This document shows positions 36,112 to 41,765 of a stretch of 41,765 nucleotides of DNA, piece by piece. This DNA is from Minisyncoccota bacterium. Its GTDB lineage: Bacteria > Patescibacteriota > Minisyncoccia > Phycocordibacterales > UBA12079. Every line of letters starts with the position of its first letter. Positions within the stretch are counted from its first letter, which is position 1. The notes beneath the pieces are model-generated. The model was not told where the DNA came from and ran no database searches. It saw only the letters and a list, made by a program, of their open reading frames with translations. The position numbers and the translations under genes are program-made. The stretch covers positions 1 to 41,765 of the forward strand of contig JAGLSI010000003.1 in the NCBI GenBank assembly GCA_023135835.1, in the 5' to 3' direction.

Positions 36112-36603
36112 CTATAGGTTTACTAATTTTGAAATATTATTTGGCAAATAATCAATTCCGCCGAATTCTTTTATGGGAATAGATTTAATTTTTTCCTTAA
36201 TTTCATCTTTAACATAAGTAATCGTCATTTCTTTTGTTCCGCCAATACTTTCACAGTCATCTTCAACTAAAACATCTGGTGTGATTCTTTCAGCAACATC
36301 TTTGTATCTCTCATCTTTTTGACGAAATAACAATTGACCATCTGGGAACTTGTATTTTTCGAGAACATTTTGTATTTGTTTGATTTCTTCTGATTTTCTA
36401 CGAGAAGTCAGATATAAAATTTCTGCATTATCATTTTTCCAATTCTGCAATTTTTTAACTGCATTGCCAATAGGAATATATGATTTATAATCATGCACAG
36501 ATTTTCGTTTATTTTCAACTTGTTTAACAATTTCATCACGAGTATGACCTGTTGCATTTTTGTGCATGATTATTGTTCCTTCTGTAAAAATTAGTATTTT
36601 CAT
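36112..36603 (-). CDS. HAD-like fold hypothetical protein (catalytic Asp apparently replaced)
   Basis: ILIFTEGTI (cf. DxDGT), YLTSR, LVEDD. Confidence 0.6.
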   Translation of the reverse strand: MKILIFTEGTIIMHKNATGHTRDEIVKQVENKRKSVHDYKSYIPIGNAVKKLQNWKNDNAEILYLTSRRKSEEIKQIQNVLEKYKFPDGQLLFRQKDERYKDVAERITPDVLVEDDCESIGGTKEMTITYVKDEIKEKIKSIPIKEFGGIDYLPNNISKLVNL

Positions 36604-36635
36604 ATTTTTTAGTTCTTCGTGCTAGCACGATGTTG

Positions 36636-36722
36636 CGGAGAGAACAGGATTCGAACCTGCGGTGGAGTTTCCCCCACGCTTGCTTTCCAAGCAAGTACCT
36701 TAAACCACTCAGCCATCTCTCC
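36636..36722 (-). tRNA. tRNA-Ser (GGA)
   Basis: Minus strand GGAGAGATGGCTGAGTGG...CTTGC-TTGGAAA-GCAAG...long variable arm...GTTCGAATCC...CTCTCCG. Confidence 0.96.
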
Positions 36723-36764
36723 ATAAAATATTCTTTTTATTATACTAGATAAATAGATTTTATA

Positions 36765-36802
36765 AAGTAAAAAGTGTCGGCTAAAGCCGACACTTTTTAC
36801 TT
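36765..36802. terminator. Terminator hairpin
   Basis: AAGTAAAAAGTGTCGGC-TAAA-GCCGACACTTTTTACTT. Confidence 0.7.
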
Positions 36803-36823
36803 ATGTAACTTATATATGTTTTT

Positions 36824-37006
36824 CTATTGTTGTTTAAAATATATATACAAAACATAAATTCCTGGAATAGCGAATGTGAACCAGAGAATATTTGTCCAAT
36901 TTAGCCAAAATTCTGACCAATAAGAACCTATGATAATTCCAATAGAAACTACACACACTTCATAAAGTGCAGCTTGCCACCACTTAAAAGTAAAATTATG
37001 TAACAT
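36824..37006 (-). CDS. Small two-TM membrane protein
   Basis: 60-aa hydrophobic, Trp-rich ORF with a downstream terminator. Confidence 0.55.
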   Translation of the reverse strand: MLHNFTFKWWQAALYEVCVVSIGIIIGSYWSEFWLNWTNILWFTFAIPGIYVLYIYFKQQ

Positions 37007-37014
37007 AAAATTTT

Positions 37015-37115
37015 AGTCAAAAGTCCTTAATGTCAAAAGTCAAAAGTCTTGAAAAAATTTGCAAAGAAAATTTTTTAATTTTAGGGACTTTACAGACTTT
37101 ATAGACCTTTAACTT
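37015..37115. repeat. Intergenic hairpin element with AAAGTC/GACTTT arms
   Basis: AGTCAAAAGTC...GTCAAAAGTCAAAAGTC, core AAAAAATTTGC-AAA-GAAAATTTTTT, GACTTTACAGACTTTATAGAC. Confidence 0.7.
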
Positions 37116-37226
37116 AGTTGTTAATTAATAAAAGCTATTTCTTATATAATTATACTATAAAGTAGCAAAAACAAGGCTTTTTATGGTGTAAAACTTTACT
37201 TTTTTACCTAGATGTATCGTTTTGGT

Positions 37227-37235
37227 TTATCCACA
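37227..37235 (+). promoter_or_regulatory. Consensus DnaA box upstream of nrdJ
   Basis: TTATCCACA. Confidence 0.45.
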
Positions 37236-37312
37236 GTTTTTTTGTTGGCGCTTCATGTAAAATAAGAAAGTAAATAAAAAATTATTAATTTCTAGTAAAA
37301 ACTGTAAAGAAT

Positions 37313-39601
37313 ATGTCTAAAACAACAAAAAAAGTAGCAAAAAAACAAGATTTAGTGAAAAAAATTCAAAAAAGAGATGGTTCAGTAATAGATTTTAATT
37401 TAGATAAGATTGTAAATGCGATTTATAAAGCAATGTTGGCTTCAGGTGAGGGATCAGAGAGAGAATCAGAATTACTTGCAAATAAAGTTTATTTAGACTT
37501 GGTAAAGATTTCTAAAAGATATAAAAACTTTATTCCAACAGTAGAAGGGGTTCAGGATTCAGTTGAAACTGAATTGGTTCAAAATGACTATGTTAGGACG
37601 GTAAAAGGATATATTTTATATAGGCAAGAAAGAGCAAAGTTAAGAGAACAAGGGGTAAAAGTTCCAGAAAAGGTGAGAAAATTAGTAGAAGAAGGGAAAA
37701 AATACTTTAAAAATCCTTTAGCGGAATTTGTTTATTATCGTTCTTATTCAAAATGGATAGAAGGAGAAGGAAGAAGAGAGACTTGGATAGAAACAGTTGA
37801 TAGGTATGTGGATTTTATGAAAGAGAATTTAGGAGATAAATTAAAACCAGCTGAATATAAAAAAGTAAGAGAATTTATTTTAAATCAAAAATCAATGCCG
37901 TCTATGAGGTTGTTTTGGAGTGCTGGAAAAGCTGCTCGTAGATGTAATGCAGCCGCTTATAATTGTTCTTATATTGCCCCTTCAAGACTACAAGATTTTG
38001 GAGAAATTATGTATTTATCAATGTGTGGTTGTGGAGTAGGGTTTAGTGCTGAAAGTTATAATGTTCAAAAGCTTCCTCAAATTAAAATTCATAATGGTAA
38101 ATTAAAAATGCGAAAGGCTTTTGTAGTTGATGATTCTAAAGAAGGGTGGGCTAACGCATTTGTTCATGGTTTAAAAACTTGGTTTGATGGTGAAGATGTT
38201 CGTTTTGATTTTTCCCAATTAAGACCAGAAGGGGCGAAGTTAGTAACAATGGGAGGAAAAAGTTCAGGACCAGATCCTTTGAAAAATTTAATTGATTTTA
38301 CTAGAGAAAGAGTTTTGAAAATGCATGGGAAAAGATTAAGTAATTTAGATGTGCATGATATTGTTTGTAAAATTGGAGAAGTGGTTGTTTCTGGAGGAGT
38401 AAGAAGAACGGCTTTAATTTCTCTTTCTGATTTAGATGATAATGAAATGAGGTTTGCTAAAAATGGACAATTTTATTTAAATAATAGTCAAAGGACAATG
38501 GCTAATAACTCTACTGCTTATAACGAAAAACCAAGTACTGCTGATTTCATGGATGAGTGGGTGGCTTTAATGAAAAGTGGAGCAGGGGAAAGAGGTATTT
38601 TTAATAGAAGTTCTTTAGAACAACAATTACCAGAACGAAGAAGAGAGATTTTTAAAAATCATATGGAAGACTTTGGGGTAAACCCTTGTGGAGAAATTAA
38701 TATTAGATCAAAACAATTTTGTAATTTAAGTGAGTTGGTGGCTCGTTCTGAAGATACTTTAAAAACACTATTAGAAAAAGCAGAAATAGCTACATTGCTA
38801 GGAACATATCAGGCTACTTTGACTCATTTTGATTATTTATCTAAAGATTGGAAAAAGAATTGTGAAGAAGAGAGGTTATTGGGTGTTTCAATTACAGGGC
38901 ATTGGGATTGTAAGGCTGTACAAGATGTAAAAGTTTTAGAAAAGTTAAAAAATCATGTAATTAAGTCCAACCAAAAATACTCTAAAAGATTTGGAATTAA
39001 TCCTGCTACCAGCACTACTTGTGTTAAACCTTCAGGAACAGTATCACAATTAGTAGATTGTGCTTCAGGAATGCATCCCAGGCATTCAAAATACTATATT
39101 AGAAGAATAAGAATTTCTTCCACAGATTCATTATTTAAGATGTTAAGAGACCAAGGTGTTCCTTATCAGCCTGAAAACGGGCAATCAAAAGAAAATGCTA
39201 ATACTTATGTATTTGAATTTCCTGTTAAATCTCCTGTTGACTCAAAATTATTTAAAAATGATTTAACCGCTATGGACCAATTAAAGCATTGGGAAATGGT
39301 TAAAAGATATTACACAGAACACAATCCCTCAGTAACTGTTTCAGTTAGTGATAACGAATGGATAGAAGTTGCCGATTGGGTTTATAGTAATTGGGATATA
39401 GTAGGTGGTTTATCTTTTTTGCCTAGAAATGATTTTGTGTATCAATTAGCTCCTTTTAAAGAAACAGATGTAAAAACTTATGAGGATATGTTGAAGAGGT
39501 TTAAAGGGGTAGATTTTTCTAAAATTGTTACTTACGAGAAAGAAGATGAAACTGAGGGTTCAAAAGAGATGGCTTGTGTTGCTGGTCTTTGTGAAGTTTA
39601 G
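37313..39601 (+). CDS. nrdJ: Class II (adenosylcobalamin-dependent) ribonucleotide reductase with an N-terminal ATP cone
   Basis: KRDG ATP cone, YNC, GGVRRTA, NPCGEI, FCNLSE, CVKPSGT, C-terminal CVAGLC. Confidence 0.9.
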   Translation: MSKTTKKVAKKQDLVKKIQKRDGSVIDFNLDKIVNAIYKAMLASGEGSERESELLANKVYLDLVKISKRYKNFIPTVEGVQDSVETELVQNDYVRTVKGYILYRQERAKLREQGVKVPEKVRKLVEEGKKYFKNPLAEFVYYRSYSKWIEGEGRRETWIETVDRYVDFMKENLGDKLKPAEYKKVREFILNQKSMPSMRLFWSAGKAARRCNAAAYNCSYIAPSRLQDFGEIMYLSMCGCGVGFSAESYNVQKLPQIKIHNGKLKMRKAFVVDDSKEGWANAFVHGLKTWFDGEDVRFDFSQLRPEGAKLVTMGGKSSGPDPLKNLIDFTRERVLKMHGKRLSNLDVHDIVCKIGEVVVSGGVRRTALISLSDLDDNEMRFAKNGQFYLNNSQRTMANNSTAYNEKPSTADFMDEWVALMKSGAGERGIFNRSSLEQQLPERRREIFKNHMEDFGVNPCGEINIRSKQFCNLSELVARSEDTLKTLLEKAEIATLLGTYQATLTHFDYLSKDWKKNCEEERLLGVSITGHWDCKAVQDVKVLEKLKNHVIKSNQKYSKRFGINPATSTTCVKPSGTVSQLVDCASGMHPRHSKYYIRRIRISSTDSLFKMLRDQGVPYQPENGQSKENANTYVFEFPVKSPVDSKLFKNDLTAMDQLKHWEMVKRYYTEHNPSVTVSVSDNEWIEVADWVYSNWDIVGGLSFLPRNDFVYQLAPFKETDVKTYEDMLKRFKGVDFSKIVTYEKEDETEGSKEMACVAGLCEV

Positions 39602-39606
39602 AAATA

Positions 39607-39670
39607 GATTTGAGAGATAAGATTTAGGGTTTATGATTTAAGGATGGATTTTGGCTTTGCCAAAATCCAT
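39607..39670. repeat. GATTT-repeat arm plus hairpin
   Basis: GATTTG/GATTTA units, then ATGGATTTTGGC-TTT-GCCAAAATCCAT. Confidence 0.55.
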
Positions 39671-39724
39671 TTTATATAAGTATAAGTTGGTTGTTTTTTT
39701 TATCTTGTGTTATATAATAAATTT

Positions 39725-41476
39725 ATGGAAAAAGAACAAAATGAAAATTTAGAGAAAATGCGCCATACTTTAGCGCATATTTTAATGCAAGCGCTAGAAG
39801 AACTGCATAGTGCTATTCCTGCGATTGGTCCAGTAATTGAAAATGGTTTTTATCATGATTTTGACGCTGAGGTGCAAATTACCGATAAAGATTTGAAAAC
39901 AATTAACAGGGAAATGATAAAAATTATCAATAAAGATTTGCCTATTGAAAAAAAAGTTTTTCCTATTGATGAAGGAATTAAACTTCTAGAAGATAAAAAA
40001 TATATTTATACTCTTGAGCTAGCTAAAGAATTAAAGGAAGGAGGAGAAAAAGAAATTTCTTTTTATCAACAAGGAGATTTTATTAATATGTGTAATGGTC
40101 CACATTTAGAATCTACTGGTAAAATTAATCCGAAAGCATTTAAGCTAAATAAAATTTCAGGTGTTTATTGGAGAGGTGATGATAAAAATAAAATGCTCCA
40201 AAGAATTTATGGAGTAGCTTTTGAGAGCCCTGAAGAGTTGAAAGATTATGAAAAAATGATGGAAGAGGCATTAAAAAGAGATCATAGAAAATTAGGAAAA
40301 GAATTAGATTTATTTAGTATTAGCCAGAAGGTGGGAGCAGGATTAATTTTATGGCATCCAAAATTATCTAAAACAAGAGAAGTGATAGAATCTTTTTGGA
40401 GAAAATTTCACAGACAGCGTGGATATGATGCTGTTTATACTCCTCATATTGGAAGATCAGAATTATGGGAAACTTCAGGTCATTTGAAAAATTTTAAAGA
40501 GATGATGTATTCTCCTATGGATGTTGATGGAGAACAGTATTATATAAAGCCAATGAACTGTCCTTTTCATGTTGAAATATATAAATCTAGCCCACGATCT
40601 TGGAGAGATTTTCCTTTTCGTTGGAATGAATTAGGTGCTGTTTATAGATATGAAAAATCTGGAGAACTAGCAGGTATGCTTAGGGTGAGAGGTTTTACCC
40701 AAGATGATGCTCATATAATTTGTCGTAAAGATCAATTCATTGATGAATACAGAGAAGTATTGAAGTTCACTATAGATATTTTAGAAAAATTTGGATTTAA
40801 GAAAGAAAATATAAAAGCTTATATTGCTACAAGAGACCCAAAACTTGATAAGTATTTAGGGACAGATGAGATTTGGGATTCATCTGAAAAAATAATAACA
40901 GAAATAATTAAAGAATTTGGTATTCCTAATGAAGTGGAAGAAGGGGGAGCTAAATTTTATGGTCCAGCTATTGATTTAAAAATTAAGGATTCAATTGGAA
41001 GAGAGTGGCAACTAACCACTATTCAGCTTGATTTTAATTTACCTGAAAAGTTTGACATGACCTATCAAGGAAAAGAGGGTAAGGAAAGACCTATAATGAT
41101 TCACAGGGCTTTATTAGGTTCGTTAGAAAGATTTATTGCTATTCTTATTGAGCATTATGGAGGAAATTTCCCGTTTTGGCTTGCTCCGCTTCAGGTAAAA
41201 ATTATTCCAGTAGCCGATGAGCATAATGAATATGCTCAGAATATTTTTGAGAAATTAAGAAAAGAAGATTTTAGGGCTGAGATAGATACTTCAGATAATA
41301 ATTTTGGTAAAAAAGTTAGGGAAGCAAAAAATGAAAAAGTTCCTTATTTTGTTGTTGTTGGAGATGATGATATTAAAAACAACAAATTAACTTTAGAAAG
41401 TAGAGATGGGGAAGATTCAGTTCAGATTTCTTTAGAAGAATTATTTGAAAAATTTAATCAAGAAAACAAAAAATAG
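39725..41476 (+). CDS. thrS: Threonine--tRNA ligase (no TGS domain)
   Basis: RHTLAH, CNGPH, RDHRKLG, KPMNCP, RVRGFTQDDAH, FYGP; ATG at 39725 preferred over GTG at 39707. Confidence 0.97.
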   Translation: MEKEQNENLEKMRHTLAHILMQALEELHSAIPAIGPVIENGFYHDFDAEVQITDKDLKTINREMIKIINKDLPIEKKVFPIDEGIKLLEDKKYIYTLELAKELKEGGEKEISFYQQGDFINMCNGPHLESTGKINPKAFKLNKISGVYWRGDDKNKMLQRIYGVAFESPEELKDYEKMMEEALKRDHRKLGKELDLFSISQKVGAGLILWHPKLSKTREVIESFWRKFHRQRGYDAVYTPHIGRSELWETSGHLKNFKEMMYSPMDVDGEQYYIKPMNCPFHVEIYKSSPRSWRDFPFRWNELGAVYRYEKSGELAGMLRVRGFTQDDAHIICRKDQFIDEYREVLKFTIDILEKFGFKKENIKAYIATRDPKLDKYLGTDEIWDSSEKIITEIIKEFGIPNEVEEGGAKFYGPAIDLKIKDSIGREWQLTTIQLDFNLPEKFDMTYQGKEGKERPIMIHRALLGSLERFIAILIEHYGGNFPFWLAPLQVKIIPVADEHNEYAQNIFEKLRKEDFRAEIDTSDNNFGKKVREAKNEKVPYFVVVGDDDIKNNKLTLESRDGEDSVQISLEELFEKFNQENKK

Positions 41477-41703
41477 TGGAAGATTTAAAATTAGGAAAAT
41501 ATAAGCATTTTAAAGGTATGGAAGTAGAAGTTATTGGAATTGCTTTAGATAGTGAAAATTTAGAAAAAATGGTTGTTTATAATCATCCTGATCCAGTTAA
41601 AGGAGAAGGGTCTGATACTATGTGGGTAAGACCATTAGACATGTTTATAGAAACCATAGAAAGAGATGGGAAGATGGTTAAAAGATTTGAGTATATAGGA
41701 TAA
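41476..41703 (+). CDS. DUF1653-like small protein
   Basis: GKYKHFKG..EVIG.A..SE..E.MVVY...WVRP..MF...RF. Confidence 0.85.
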   Translation: MEDLKLGKYKHFKGMEVEVIGIALDSENLEKMVVYNHPDPVKGEGSDTMWVRPLDMFIETIERDGKMVKRFEYIG

Positions 41704-41704
41704 T

Positions 41705-41737
41705 AAAAAGAGTGTTCCTGTAAGGAACACTCTTTTT
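41705..41737. terminator. Bidirectional terminator
   Basis: AAAAAGAGTGTTCCT-GTA-AGGAACACTCTTTTT. Confidence 0.85.
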
Positions 41738-41744
41738 TTATTAG

Positions 41745-41765
41745 TGCGAATGGTAGGACTCGAAC
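41745..41765 (-). tRNA. 3' end of a tRNA truncated by the window edge (possibly Leu; anticodon not visible)
   Basis: Minus strand GTTCGAGTCCTACCATTCGCA = T-arm + acceptor 3' strand + discriminator A. Confidence 0.8.

Noticed and set aside
36536-36724. 62-aa minus-strand ORF
   Set aside because: Translation of the tRNA-Ser sequence
37116-37312. Cobalamin riboswitch before nrdJ
   Set aside because: AT-rich, with no GGGAA or GCCACTG B12-box elements
1-41765. Stop-codon reassignment (code 25, as in Gracilibacteria/Absconditabacteria)
   Set aside because: Conserved genes are uninterrupted under code 11, with no internal TGA

Overview
AT-rich bacterial chromosomal window, most consistent with Patescibacteria/CPR (Parcubacteria-like). 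This is an inference from the A-rich starts mostly lacking Shine-Dalgarno sites, the shortened HolB, AlaRS and L13, a TrpR-like orphan and giant surface proteins; ORFs read normally in code 11 and most lie on the + strand. 1-10.3 kb is an accessory surface-protein region: a GNVGIGT/S74 fibre-like protein, a REP-associated tyrosine transposase, a LamG mosaic protein and an acidic Ig-like protein. Housekeeping genes follow: gap, rpiB, murA, mreB, holB-like, UDG, alaS, infA-rpmJ-rpsM-rpsK-rpsD-rpoA-rplQ-rplM-rpsI, grpE-dnaK-dnaJ, htpX, a GGDEF protein, nrdJ, thrS and three tRNAs (one partial). The main unexplained signal is a dense set of small palindromic DNA elements: (i) four REPs around and inside a RAYT gene, two of them translated in-frame within proteins; (ii) a TrpR-like gene bracketed by three identical trp-operator-like palindromes; (iii) intergenic hairpins with tandem-repeat arms and a shared C-AAA-G core; (iv) palindromes apparently inserted into other repeats, into a duplicated 5' part of tRNA-Leu, and after an apparent remnant alaS start. 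All calls come from reading the sequence by eye; no database searches were run.
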